The position numbers and the translations under genes are program-made. From NCBI RefSeq assembly GCF_009914755.1, contig NC_060925.1: a stretch of 64,000 nt of DNA. One strand, written 5' to 3'. Shown here piece by piece: positions 12,763 to 29,717 of this stretch. The number at the start of each line of letters is the position of its first letter. Position 1 is the stretch's first letter. Source of the stretch: the human T2T-CHM13v2.0 reference genome, Homo sapiens. The notes beneath the pieces were generated by a model. It saw only the letters and a program-made list of their open reading frames with translations. It had not been told where the DNA came from and made no database searches.

Positions 12763-15742
12763 GTGCTGCACTTTTTTCAAAATTTGTTTCTCCATATATT
12801 AACATGATAAAGTGGTTTTTCTCTTTTATTCTGTTAATATGTTAGGTTACACTGATTATTTTTCAAATATTAAGTCAGCTGTTTACTCCTGAGATATACC
12901 TCAATTGGTATATATTTGATATTTTGTTAAGGATTTTTAATTCTGTGTTTTTGAAGGGTATTGGTCTGGTTTTCATACAAGCACATGCTTATCTTGTGAA
13001 ATAAGCAGGGATTCTTCCCCTCTTCTATTTTTTAGAAGACTTTGTATATAATTGATATTGATTGAAATCTCTTAAGCCATATGAGCTTAGACTACTGTTT
13101 ATAGGAAAAACTTAACTATGGATTCAATATATCTATATATTAGGACAGGGCTTTGGTTGTTCTTTTTCCTTCATCTCAAATTTTTAAATTTTGTACCTTT
13201 GAATGAATTTGTACATCTCATCAAAGTTGGAAATTTTAGTAGGATATATTTGTTCATCATAGGCCCTAATTATCTTTTCAGTGTTTGTAGGATCTGTAGT
13301 GAGAGTTACTGCTTCGTTCCTGATACTGGTTATTTCACTGTCTCCTATTCTTGACCAGATCTCTCTTAAAACCAGATTTTGCTTTCACTTATTTTTCTAT
13401 TATCTGCTTTCCATTTGATCATTTTTCTGCCCTTATAGTCAATATTTCCTTTCTTTAAACTCATTTTGAGTTTAATTTGCTCTCATTTTTCCAGGTTATA
13501 AAGCATTTTAAGCAACACATTTTCCTCTAAGGAAATAGCCTTACCTGTATCCTACACATTTTAAAGTTGTGTTCTTATTTTTATTTAGTTCAAATTATTT
13601 ATGAGAAATTATGTTTTACAGGGATATTGTTTAATTTCAAAATATTTGTTGATTTTCTACATATTTCTACTGATTCCTAACATAATTATTTTGTGTTCAG
13701 AGAACATGTTTTATAATATATCAATCTTTTTAATTTCTTAACACACTTGAAAAGTTTATGATATAACTTAGAGGATGTATTATGTACACTAAAAATAATA
13801 TATCTTTTCCTGCTCTTAAGTAGAGTGTTTTATATAGACCTATCAGTTGCAATAGGTAAAGTTGGTTGATAGTATTTTCAACTTTCTTGTTAAAAAATAC
13901 AATTTAGAAGTATTTTTCAATACTATTCTCAAGTATTTTTGAGTTATCTGTATCTTTACTGATTTTTGTCTACTTATGCTATCAATTATTGAAAAAGGAT
14001 GTTGAAATCTGCAACTATCAATGTGGATATGTCTATTTCTTCATTCAGGTCTATCAATATTTGTTTCATGTACTTTGAGGTTCTTTTATTAGATGCATAC
14101 ACATTTAGATAAGTTAATAAGGATTTTTATTCTTCCTTGATTATTTAAACCTTTGTTATTATGAAATTTACCTCTTTATCCTTGGCAATTTTCCTTGGAA
14201 TGTAGTGTACTTTGATGTCAATACAATCATTCCAAAAGTTTTATGCTTAGTGTCTGTATAATATATATTTTTCCATCTGTCATTGTAAATTATCTGTTTC
14301 TTTTTACCTAAAGTAAATTTCTTGTATGAGTATACATTTGGGTCTTGCTGTTTTACCTGGTCTGAAAAAACTCTGCCTTTTATTTGGAGTGTTTGATCCA
14401 TTTACACTTAATGTAATGAATAATAATTAGATAGTTAGATAAATAAGTTTTCTATATCTTTTTCTTGTTTTTGTTTTGCTCCTTTGCCTTCTTTTAATTC
14501 GATATTTTTTATAATTATATTTTGTCTCCCCTAGTGATTTATATGTTAGCTGTGTGTGTATATGTGTGTATTTGCTCTAAGGTTTAAAGCACTCATCTTT
14601 AATTTATCAGTTCTACCACCAAGCACTGTTATATCACTTCACATTAATCAAACTTATAATAGTTTACTTATTTTTCCCTACTCTTCCTTGTGCTATTGTT
14701 ATCACAATGGTCTAGTGCCTCCAGTTAGAAAGCTATGGTAATCATAAAGTTCATGCTATGATTCTTTTGCCTCCTATTAATATAAAAAATTCCAGTTCTA
14801 TTCAGCTTGCTTTCAAATGTCTGGAGTTTTTTTTTTTATAATGCTTTTTCTGTGTCTTAGTTATTTGAAGTGGGAGTGCAAGTCAGTCTTGTCAGTTAGC
14901 TTTACATGATCAAAAGCAAAATTATCTTTAACATGATATATTCTTTAGAAATAATATCTTTCATAAACAAAAAATAAATTGACCTGTCAATAATGCTAGC
15001 TCTGAGATAATATTTCAGCTGTATTAAAAGGTTTACATTAAGATTTGCTAACTTTACTCCAACTATGATCAACAAATCATTATAAATATTTTATAACTCA
15101 TATTTATGTTAGAAACATATATGGTCATAGGGGAAAAATTAGAATATATAGATGAAGAAAAAATGAAACTTACCTCTTATATCATACCTAGACATGCAGA
15201 TTAATATTTTGCTGTAGAATTTGAATATGTATAGTTCATATATTCTAAAGAATTCATATTAGAAATTTTGAGAACCATAGGCACAGACTATGACCAAATA
15301 AAAACCAAAAACCAAAAACACCTTCTCATATTCCCACCTCCACCTCTGACTCCTTAGATGGTCATTACTTCCACCTAAATTATAGATACACTTAGCCTCG
15401 TACCTAGTTTTTGTCATTAGTTTTGTTTTTTCCTACCTATTCTCATTTTGATCAGAAGGACTACAATCATACTTTATCATTCCATCACTTAAATTTCCTC
15501 AACGAATTCTCACCAAGATTAAATAAATTCTCAACTTCTCAATATAACACACAACATTTTTTGGCTCTAATTTCATCTCTTCTTATTTACTACGAAGCAT
15601 TACAAACTCTAGCCATTTTGAACACACATATGTGGTAAATGCAGAACCCATCTGCTATTTGTTCTCTGAATACCCTCCATACAACCCCACCACTAACTCT
15701 CTTTCTCACAGACTTACTTGTCTTACTGTTTCTTCTTCCTGC

Positions 15743-15878
15743 TTTACAACTTATGCCTAGGGTTCCATTGTTGGAACACTAAGTATGTGGGAGTTATTTA
15801 TATCCTATTGCTCAAGGTCATCACCAAGGTCTGATTGCAAATATTCAAAAATTGCAACCTCAGGCATAAATGGATTAA
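15743..15878 (+). mobile_element. MER85 (piggyBac/PGBD3-derived MITE), left TIR damaged
   Basis: ttatgcctag-ggttccattgttggaac...ctcaaggtcatcaccaaggtctgattgc...aggcataaatgga followed by TTAA; matches recalled MER85 consensus. Confidence 0.88.
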
Positions 15879-15924
15879 GATGAAGTTCAGGCATCTGTTT
15901 GCTTTAGGCTGGGTTAGTTGTATG

Positions 15925-15957
15925 TATTTATTTATTTATTTATTTATTTATTTATTT
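15925..15957. repeat. (TTTA)n microsatellite
   Basis: Direct observation. Confidence 0.9.
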
Positions 15958-15959
15958 TT

Positions 15960-16162
15960 TGCTCCCACAGTTGCCAGTACACTCATGGTTCTATGATAAA
16001 ATATTGTGCTGTGGTCTAATATTTTCTTTACTTCTTTGTCTCTCTCACTAGATTGTGAGTTATGTGAGAGCAGATATTATGTTTTCCATTTTTTAATCAC
16101 TAGGGTGCAGTAGACCATCTGGCACATATTAACTACTCAATATGTATTTGTTGAATGAAATA
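15960..16162 (+). mobile_element. L2 3' end fragment
   Basis: ctagattgtgag...tggcacata...ctcaatatgtatttgttgaatgaa, typical L2 tail. Confidence 0.7.
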
Positions 16163-17537
16163 ATTAAAACCATTACTCATGTGATAATCAAATTGGCACT
16201 CTTGATTTCACTGACACTTTATGTTAGACCTCTATATTCTTTATCTGTATCTACAAGACAACATCAATGGTAAGACACATCCTCCAATAATATTATGTGA
16301 TTCTAGCTAAAAGGAACATAAGAAAAATTGTAACTTTTTTCTACTTTTCACACTGAAAACTGTGACATCTATTAAAATACTTTTACCCAAAACCAGAAAT
16401 ATAAAAGTGTATATTCAATAATAAATATTAGGAAATTGATGTCTACAGACATGTTTCAAACATCTCATAAAAGCTCTTTTTTCTTTTGCCACTTCCAAAT
16501 TAGGACTGTTCTTGTTTTTGAATTCAGCTCCAGGTATTCAATTTAGTCTTCGAGAATTAAGTCTTAATTATCTCAGTGATCATCTCACTGCCTCTGCATT
16601 CTCAATTTAGCAATTGATCACAGAGTGAGCACAACATAGCATTTGGACATAAAAATCAACTTTAAGTTTTGACTACAATCCACTCAGTGATTTAAGCATA
16701 TACTGTGGTCTGAGTCCAAAAATATTTCATATTGATAACAGAGGAACTTTTGTGATTCATTTCACCTTCAAACTCCAGAATATTAGTGTCCCTTAACAAA
16801 AACAATTTGTATTGGATAAAAATGTTTGGTATAAATTAGGACTCTTCACAGTTCAAATAATAATAATAGTAATAATTAGAAAACCCAACCTCACCTAACA
16901 ATGAATGTTTAATGATATGAGTGATTTGTTGGCTAATATAACCAGAAGTTCCAGAGGATGAATGGATTGTATTTGGCTCAGTTTAGCAGCTCAGTATTAC
17001 CATTAAAGATCCAGTTTAATTTTATTTCCCTATATTCCATAGTACTAGCATTATCCCAGCACTGACTTTCTTCATGGTGTCAAAATGACTTATAGTTCCA
17101 GACTTCATATCTTTATGCCACGTCTTTCAGAATGAAACAAAAGTTGGCTACAAGTAGGTCTTTGAGAAATATGAAAATCATCTTTCCTAGAAGCATAATT
17201 ATTTTTGAAGCTTGACTCAACTTGGCCCTTTTATTTGATCATATGCCCATTCCAGAAAAATTATCTGTCAACAAAGAAATATCATATGCTAACGGTATAG
17301 ATTTTAGGTCCCTGAATCAATTACTATTGTGGCATAGGGTTACCTCAACAGGGTTAGACCTATCAAAAATCATCTCTGGATCATGGAATGAGGCAATTAC
17401 CCCTAACCCAAAACCAGGCCGTTTTTAAATAGCTAGGAAGAAAAGTGAGTCTTGGGGATAAAACATGGAAATTTAGAACCAGAGCTGGAAGTGATGAATT
17501 CAAACATTTTTAAACAAAAATAAAATTCCTTAAAATT

Positions 17538-17665
17538 AGGGTTGACAAATTTATTGAATAAAAATACTTGGCACCCATTTAAATTTGATTTTCAGATAAA
17601 CAATAATTAAATTTTAGCATAAGTATGTCCCATGAAATTGTACTTGAAATCTCATTTAAACTGCA
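17538..17665. mobile_element. MER53 partial (one arm plus centre)
   Basis: agggttg...aataaaaatac...aaatttgattttcagataaacaa...ataagtatgtcccatg matches recalled MER53. Confidence 0.75.
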
Positions 17666-18134
17666 ATACATGAGTTATTTAAAATACATTTTTTTTTGTA
17701 AAAGTACAAAAAAAAGACAACTTTTTATGGGAAACAAAATAAATAAAGATAAGACACAGACTGGCTGTAGTTTTCATTTGATTATTTCAGTCAGTGACCA
17801 CACATACACCCAGTAATTATGGGAATGTTAGGTAGGAAAGTCAGTTCAACGCTCCTGGTCTTAATGAAGAGGACTCATCCCTAAGTACTGCAGAAGGCTC
17901 TCTCTGCCTTCTTACTGATTACTAAAATTGGGAACAGTTTGCTCAGCTCTGGGAGGAAGTTGCCTCTCATGTATAAAGGGCAGCCTCTGCCGTTGCAGGC
18001 AAGAGGTATCTTGACCCAGTCTGTTTGACTGGATGGATAGGCTCTCTAACTCTGAGCTTCAGACTTAGGAAGGCCATTTCACTCTAACTCTAAAAAATTT
18101 GCTTTAAACTTAGATTTAATTAATAATAGGTGTG

Positions 18135-18450
<316 letters not shown>

Positions 18451-20419
18451 AGGGTGATAGTCCAGGCCCCATCTTTTACTCCTTTGTGCTGTTTATATTT
18501 TCACCCTTGATTGCAGAACTTTATAGGGAAGTTTATATGCCCTCCTTAGAAAATTCAACCCAAATTATTCTTGCTAATTTATACGTACTGGAACTAAGAG
18601 GTTATCAATATATGCTACCTATTTATATAAATGGCATAAATTTTGGAGTGTTTATTGATTTAGACTTTTTGAAATAAAGTTTAACCTTTATGGGATAATA
18701 TTAAACATAAGTTCCCCATTTTTAATTTATTACAATAAATAAATTATATACAATTAGTGGATATAAATATTGAGAGTGTTTCTGAGGATATATAAAAATG
18801 GCTGCATCATGACAATTACTCTCAGGAATCCAAAGAGAAGTGGCACTGAAACAGATGAAAGAGGAAGTAGGGACAATATAATGTAATAGACAAGAGGTAT
18901 GGACCTGAGATATTTAGCTGAATATGTGTACAAATTCACATGTCTGGTCTCTGCTCACACCACCAAAAAACAACCATCCCAAAGGAAGACAAAACATTGT
19001 TCTAGAAATATAGGGATGCCAGGCGGAAAGATGAATATGGAAGTGTTTGCAGTAGGCTTTACAATGCTAGTGATGTGCTGTAATTTGAATTGCCACCTTG
19101 AGTGGGTTTTGCTTTTCTTACCACTGAAGTTTAGATGACATGTGATGTGGTTTTTCAAAATTAACAAAACAAGTACAGAGACAGAATCATCCAGAAGCTT
19201 TCAAGGATATTACATTCTGGACATGAATTCATGAGATAGGAACCACCCTCAGAAGTGGGAACTTTTAAAATAAAGCTATTGCCTCAGCCCATGGTGGGAA
19301 GTTTACAAAACCAGCTGCACTTTGCATCTCTGGGTCTAACAAAGATCACAAATCAAAGCTTCATGACCAAATTAATGTGTAGCTTATCCCCCTCCCCAAG
19401 GTCTTTCCCTTGGTTTTATTATTACTGACAATATTGTAAGAGCAGTGTGAAATGGCCAATTCACACATGTGCCACGTTTTGCACACTGCCTGAACCTGCT
19501 GGAACATGATTTTCCTAAGAATGATGACAGTAATAAACATCTTCTGGCAGAGGCTTGCAAAATCTGCACCCATTTTAGTCACTCAGTAATGGCTCATAAA
19601 ATTCTTTGAGAACTGCAGGAGAAAAACAATGTACATACTCATGCATAAATTAAAACTAGAAGTGCCAGCTCAATGGAACTCGACTTCTCACACTCTGGGA
19701 CAACTGTGGAGCAATTAAAAATAAACAAACCCATCAGATGTAGGTACAGCCAACGGTCATCAGAGAAAGTGCTCTCTGTTTGAGATCAAACCATTAACCA
19801 GTGCCTTCCTTGAGTTGATTCCCTCTTTGGTCTGCGAAAATATTCAGGATACTTTACATAATCCTTCCTGATGAGTTCTCTTACAAAGGCAATGTCAATG
19901 TGAATGGATGAGAAGAAAAGTGCTCATCTTGATTTCCCTTTACATTTAAGGATCATTTTCTGCACAAAATGTGATATAAGCATAAACATTCCTGACTCCC
20001 TTCTTTACATAAAAGTTTCAAGTTTGAGCTCTGTCATTTTCATGGGTGAACAATTCAGAAATGCTCTTTATTTTGTCAAGTTTTAAAGAAGAAAATAATC
20101 AGAAATACCTAAAAAATATTCTCATAGAACTCAAAACATCATTAGTTCATAGAGCATTTCTAGCAATACTTTAGAATCATTTTCTCAGCCCTGCTCACTA
20201 TGAGTAGGACTCTTTACAGTTTTCAGAACTGAAAAAAAAAATCGGTTTTATGGTCAAGTTTCCATACTTGTCTTAGCAATTGAAATCTTATTCTACAGTT
20301 ATTTGGAACGTTCTCAGGTGGAAAGTAATGGGTACCAGTTTTATCTGTCATCTAACATAATATTTGGCAGTTGATACAATGTGGTGTATTAATACTCCCC
20401 TCAAATAGCAAGATGACAA

Positions 20420-21235
20420 TTTGGGAATTTTTCCCCAGGTCTGGAAGCAGGTTTAGTTGGTCCTGGGATACTCCCAACCAACTTGCCAGAGATTGCTTTA
20501 GTCATGGTCATGTGACCAATTCTGGACAACAAGCCATGCCTTGAGGTTTATGACAGGCCCTTGGGAAAGTTCTTCCTTGCTTTTAAGAGAGAATAGGAAA
20601 GCTTTATATTTCTCCCCAATGGTTGTGAATGAGAAAACATGTAGCCCCTATTACTTTAGGCATTTGTCTCAAATCTGTGAAGAAATGAGATAAAGCCAAT
20701 TGAGAGAGAGTCCATGGGAAGATTTTTGAGGTGCTTGTATTAGTCTGTTTTCATACTGCCATAAAGAACTGCCCAAGACTGGGTAATTTATAAAGGAAAG
20801 AAGTTTAATTGGCTCACAGTTCAGCATGGCTGGGGAGGCCTCAGGAAACTTACAATCACAGCAGAAGGCAAAGAGCAAACAGGTAGCTTCTTCACAAGGC
20901 AGCAAGAAGGAGAATAGTGAAGAGCAAAGGGGGAAGAGCTCCTTATAAAACCATCAGATCTCGTGAGAACTCACTCACTATCATGAGAACAGCATGGGAG
21001 AACCACCCCCATGATCCAATTACGTCCACCTGGTCTCTCCCTAGACATACGGGGATTATGGGGATTACAATTCAAGATGAAATTTGGGTGGAGACACAAA
21101 GCCTAACCATATCAGTGGTGGATTAGCCAACACTAAACCCTACCTATTTCTGATTTCCTTTTGTATTAGCTAGTAAGTGATCTGTTCTTTTAAGTCATTG
21201 TTTCAGGTTTTGTCACTTACAGTAAGAGGCAGTTC
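20420..21235 (+). mobile_element. Old ERVL/MaLR-type LTR split by the THE1 insertion
   Basis: 'ggtcatgtgaccaattctgg' upstream and 'tttaagtcattgtttcaggttttgtcacttaca' downstream resemble LTR16/MLT1-class LTRs. Confidence 0.5.
20736..21114 (-). mobile_element. THE1 solo LTR (THE1C/D-like MaLR)
   Basis: Minus strand tgatatggttaggctttgtgtc...actaataca; 379 bp; 5-bp TSD gtgct/gtggt. Confidence 0.92.
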
Positions 21236-21580
21236 AAAAGACTTAAGAACTTTACAAAATGTCCTTTCTTATTACACAGTGACTTATGGGGTGGACGGTT
21301 GCAGATGCTCAGTTGTTAAGTGTATGGACCAAAATGACATATGGCAAAGAAGCAGGCCCATTAGACAATGAAAGAATAATGATGTAAGAATGGCAGGCTC
21401 TTTGTCTCAGAGAAGTGGCTACACCTGATAAGAATCCCGGCTCTACCACCCATGTGTAGGCCCTCACCAAATTTTTCTGCAACTCTCTAGGGTTTAATTT
21501 CTAATTTTTTTTCTCTATATCCTCCTTCTTGACTCTGCACCTGCTATTTTCAATTACAGCCCATCCACCTCACTTGTTGT

Positions 21581-21581
<1 letters not shown>

Positions 21582-21613
<32 letters not shown>
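21582..21613. repeat. (CA)16 microsatellite
   Basis: Direct observation. Confidence 0.95.
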
Positions 21614-21615
<2 letters not shown>

Positions 21616-22893
21616 ACATCACAGAGTATTCTGTGATGGTGGTATCCCAGATGATTTGGGGAATCACAGGAAGGGAAAGTGAGTCCTTCCTGTATAAATA
21701 ACTGCATACATACTTTCTGTTTTTTCTCTTGTCTCTTCTTACCTATTCAGAGCCACCTACAAAATTCTTTTTATGTTTTATGCACATGAATTTTATCCAC
21801 TCCTAGGACATAAAACTTCTTTATTTCTACTCTAAGCAATACACCAAAGAATTTTCCCAATAAATGTTGATCTTCTTCTACAAGGACTCCTTTTCCAACT
21901 GCAAAATATATATATACACACACATATATATGTGTATATATTCATATATGTATATATACATATATGTATGTATATATATATTCCCATTGAAAAGTGCACT
22001 TCTTTTTCAAATTTATGTGAAAATTGGCTTAATTAGGAGGAAGATGTTCTAAGGATACTGCACCTACAAAATAAAATTCCCAAATATGACCAGGAGCATC
22101 CTTCTGAATCAGTGTGACTCTCAACTCCAAATGAAGTTTAGGTTTTGCCTGACCCCTTCCCAAGTAGAAAATGTTTCTCAGGCAACAGGGGCTTTTCCCA
22201 CAAAAAAGGTCAGTTTTGGGATTAAAGAGAGGTACAAACGAATGGTTTTAGGAGTAGATACATCTTAGGTAAGAAATAGAGAAAAGGATTCATACAAGAA
22301 CTGTAAGGCTCTGAATTCCCAGGAGAGTATGTAGAGCACTCAGTCCTGACAGTAAGCACCCTCTTTGAATAAATAGAGTCCTGCTAGATGGCAGGATTCC
22401 AAGCTGATGCTTTGAGAAGAAAGACCTCTGGAAAAAGCTCACAATATTAATAAATACTTGTCATTAGATAATTTCAGCTGCAAAAAATGCTTCAAATGTC
22501 TCTTCCAATATAATTCACCTTTGTTCTAGATATCAAAGATCTCAGAAAAGCAGTTAAGACTATGATGTATAAGTCAGCACTTAAAAGATCTTACCTTTTA
22601 ATTAACGGTTATAAAAATTATTCACACTCAAAATATCAACTCAGAAAAAAAATCTCACAATTTGGGCCAGTTTTCTTATCCTTTATATAGCACCAAAGTA
22701 TTTGCTTATTGCAATAGTATAGAGTGTTTCTATACAATCACATATTTTTGCAGATATAGAGGCAGCACACACACAGTTGTTGATTATTAATTTTCAAAAA
22801 GAATATAATTAATAGCTTGGAATGGCAGAATGAAGAATGTAATTAATAGCCTGGAATGACAGTATTGCTGAGTGCTAAGAAAGCTATGGTCTT

Positions 22894-23115
22894 CAGACTG
22901 GCGAAAGTGGCAAAACCGAATCTCTACAAAAAATATAAAAATTAGTCGAGTGTGGTGGCACACAACTGTGGTCCCAGCTACACAGGAAGCTGAGGCAGGA
23001 TAATCGCTTGAACCTGGGAAGCAGAGGTTGCAGTGAGCCACTGCACTCCAGCCTAGGCGACGAAGCAAGATTGTGTCTCAAAACAAAACAACATGACAAA
23101 ACAAACAAACAAAAA
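22894..23115 (+). mobile_element. 5'-truncated old Alu with internal deletion
   Basis: Linker plus right arm; 'gtgagccactgcactcc' lacks ~10 nt; (AAAC)n tail. Confidence 0.85.
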
Positions 23116-23339
23116 CACCTATGATCTTGTTTTGGTTCTAAAAGTTTCAAACTTTACCTTTCCCAGGATGCCTTAGTTTTCTCATTGGTAAATGAGGTAA
23201 CTGGGTGTTCTGTTCGTTATGTAACTCACAGTTTTAAATTATTAGATCTGATTTTAATGAGCTTGAAAATACAAATCAAGGTATCTAATCTCTTTTGCTC
23301 TCAGGTTTTTCAACTATAAAAGAGAATTGTAAGATACCA

Positions 23340-23875
23340 GTAGTGAGTGTATGCATATAACATCTGGAGCCCTTTTTGGAGAACAATGCTTACGCTCTCC
23401 CCAACTCCTGCCCCACCCCTGGTATCTGGGTTCCACCGTAAACTCATTATTAGTTCAGGTGGTTTGAGAGAAGTTGATCAGTTTCTGTCAAGCGAAACAC
23501 ATGACCTGTCCTGAACAATCTTACCAGTGATTAGCCATGGCCATTGTTACAGAAATAGACATTTGACCCAGGCTATACCAATTAATATTCTCTTAAGACT
23601 TTTGCTGGACCTAACCAGAAACAAAACTCCCTTTTTCTGAGGTGTAAGCAATGAGAGAAATTTGACTTCAATTTGCCATTGGCCACGTTGCCACTACTTG
23701 TAGTGAGAATGAAGGTAAAGTGGGAGTTGAGAGAGAGAGAACATTTCATTTCGAATCCCAGAATTCAAATGCCTAAAGCCTATTTTTTGCTTGTTTGTTT
23801 CATGAGCCAATAAATTTTCCTTTTCCTTAAGGTAGTAATTTTCCTTGGATTTCTGTCACTAAACACTGAAAATAT
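23340..23875 (+). mobile_element. Old MaLR/ERVL-type LTR fragment
   Basis: 3' signature 'gagccaataaattttccttttccttaag...ttggatttctgtcact'. Confidence 0.5.
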
Positions 23876-23910
23876 TGACAGACATATTACCTTAGAAATT
23901 TATGAAACGT

Positions 23911-24815
23911 AGGAGGAGCCAAGATGGCCGAATAGGAACAGCTCCGGTCTACAGCTCCCAGCATGAGCGACGCAGAAGACGGGTGATTTCTGCATTTCCA
24001 TCTGAGGTACCGGGTTCATCTCACTAGGGAGTGCCAGACAGTGGGCGCAGGTCAGTGGGTGCGCGCACCGTGCGCGAGCCGAAGCAGGGCGAGGCATTGC
24101 CTCACTCGGGAAGCGCAAGGGGTCAGGGAGTTCCCTTTCCGAGTCAAAGAAAGGGGTGACCTACAGCACCTGGAAAATCGGGTCACTCCCATCCAAATAC
24201 TGCGCTTTTCCGACAGGCTTAAAAAACGGCGAAGCACGAGTTTATATCCCGCACGTGGCTGGGAGGGTACTATGCCCACGGAGTCTCGCTGATTGCTAGC
24301 ACAGCAGTCTGAGATCAAACTGCAAGGCGGCAGCGAGGCTGGGGGAGGGGCGCCCGCCATTGCCCAGGCTTGATTAGGTAAACAAAGCAGCCAGGAAGCT
24401 CCAACTGGGTGGAGCCCACCACAGCTCAAGGAGGCCTGCCTGCCTCTGTAGGCTCCACCTCTGGGGGCAGGGCACAGACAAACAAAAAGACAGCAGGAAC
24501 CTCTGCAGACTTAAATGTCCCTGTCTGACAGCTTTGAAGAGAGCAGTGGTTCTCCCAGTACGCAGCTGGAGATCTGAGAACGGGCAGACTGCCTCCTCAA
24601 GTGGGTATCTGACCCCTGACCCCCGAGCAGCCTAACTGGGAGGCACCCCCCAGCAGGGGCACACTGACACCTCACGCGGCAGGGTACTCCAACAGACCTG
24701 CACCTGAGGGTCCTGTCTGTTAGAAGGAAAACTAACAAACAGAAAGGACATCCACACCAAAAACCCATCTGTACATCACCATCATCAAAGACCAAAAGTA
24801 GATAAAACCACAAAG
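23911..24815. promoter_or_regulatory. L1 5'UTR internal sense/antisense promoter, CpG-rich
   Basis: Intact YY1 motif caagatggccg (23920-23930); dense CpGs; SOX-type aacaaa motifs near 24381 and 24481. Confidence 0.85.
24052..24360 (-). CDS. ORF0: LINE-1 antisense ORF0, open, 102 aa
   Basis: MAGAPPPASLPPCSLISDCCASNQRDSVG... starts at ATG 24360 within track ORF 24052..24429; expression not shown. Confidence 0.65.
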   Translation of the reverse strand: MAGAPPPASLPPCSLISDCCASNQRDSVGIVPSQPRAGYKLVLRRFLSLSEKRSIWMGVTRFSRCCRSPLSLTRKGNSLTPCASRVRQCLALLRLAHGARTH

Positions 24816-25832
24816 ATGGGGAAAAAACAGAACAGAAAAACTGGAAACTCTAAAAAGCAGAGCGCCTCCCCTCCTCCAAAGGAATGCAGTTCCTCACCAG
24901 CATCGGAACAAAGCTGGACGGAGAATGACTTTGACAAGCTGAGAGAAGAAGGCTTCAGACGATCAAATTATTCTGAGCTATGGGAGGACATTCAAACCAA
25001 AGGCAAAGAAGTTGAAAACTTTGAAAAAAATTGAGAAGAATGTATAACTAGAATAACCAATACAGAGAAGTGCTTAAAGGAGCTGATGGAGCTGAAAACC
25101 AAGGCTCGAGAACTACGTGAAGAATGCAGCAGCCTCAGGAGACGATGCGATCAACTGGAAGAAAGGGTATCAGCAATGGAAGACGAAATGAATGAAATGA
25201 AGTGAGAAGGGAAGTTTAGAGAAAAAAGAATAAAAAGAAATGAGCAAAGCCTCCAAGAAATATGGGACTATGTGAAAAGACCAAATCTACGTCTGATTGG
25301 TGTACCTGAAAGTGATGGGGAGAATGGAACCAAGTTGGAAAACACTCTGCAGGATATTATCCAGGAGAACTTCCCCAATCTAACAAGGCAGGCCAACGTT
25401 CAGATTCAGGAAATACAGAGAATGCCACAAAGATACTCCTCGAGAAGAGCAACTCCAAGACACCTAATTATCAGATTCACCAAAGTTGAAATGAAGGAAA
25501 AAATGTTAAGGGCAGCCAGAGAGAAAGGTCAGGTTACCCTCAAAGGGAAGCCCATCAGACTAACAGTAGATCTCTCAGCAGAAACCCTACAAGCCAGAAG
25601 AGAGTGGGGGCCAATATTCAACATTCTTAAAGAAAAGAATTTTCAACCCAGAATTTCACATCCAGCCAAACTAAGCTTCATAAGTGAAGGAGAAATAAAA
25701 TACTTTACAGACAAGCAAATGCTGAGAGATTTTGTCACCACCAGGCCTGCCCTAAAAGAGCTCCTGAAGGAAGCGCTAAACATGGAAAGGAACAACCGGT
25801 ACCAGCCGCTGCAAAATCATGCCAAAATGTAA
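24816..25832 (+). pseudogene. L1 ORF1p, disrupted
   Basis: MGKKQNRKTGNSK...NHAKM with in-frame stops at 25032-25034 and ~25203. Confidence 0.95.
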
Positions 25833-25895
25833 AGACCATCGAGACTAGGAAGAAACTGCATCAACTAAAGAGCAAAATAAACAGCTAACATCATA

Positions 25896-29717
<3,822 letters not shown>

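Larger units (their letters stand above)
9250..14700 (-). mobile_element. Old L1M element, interrupted by an Alu and MER11
   Basis: Minus-strand ORF remnants match L1 ORF2: 'LGLERKFLNLMKGMYVKLTVTIILS' (11433-11693) and 'IKGRVFSDQVKQQDPNV' (14168-14401); T-rich plus strand. Confidence 0.85.

Noticed and set aside
17538-17665. MER53 as a miR-1302-type hairpin
   Set aside because: Most of the second palindromic arm is missing, so no long hairpin can form
20826-20838. PRDM9 hotspot motif in the THE1 LTR
   Set aside because: Minus strand reads CCTCCCCAGCCAT, not the hotspot-associated CCTCCCTNNCCAC
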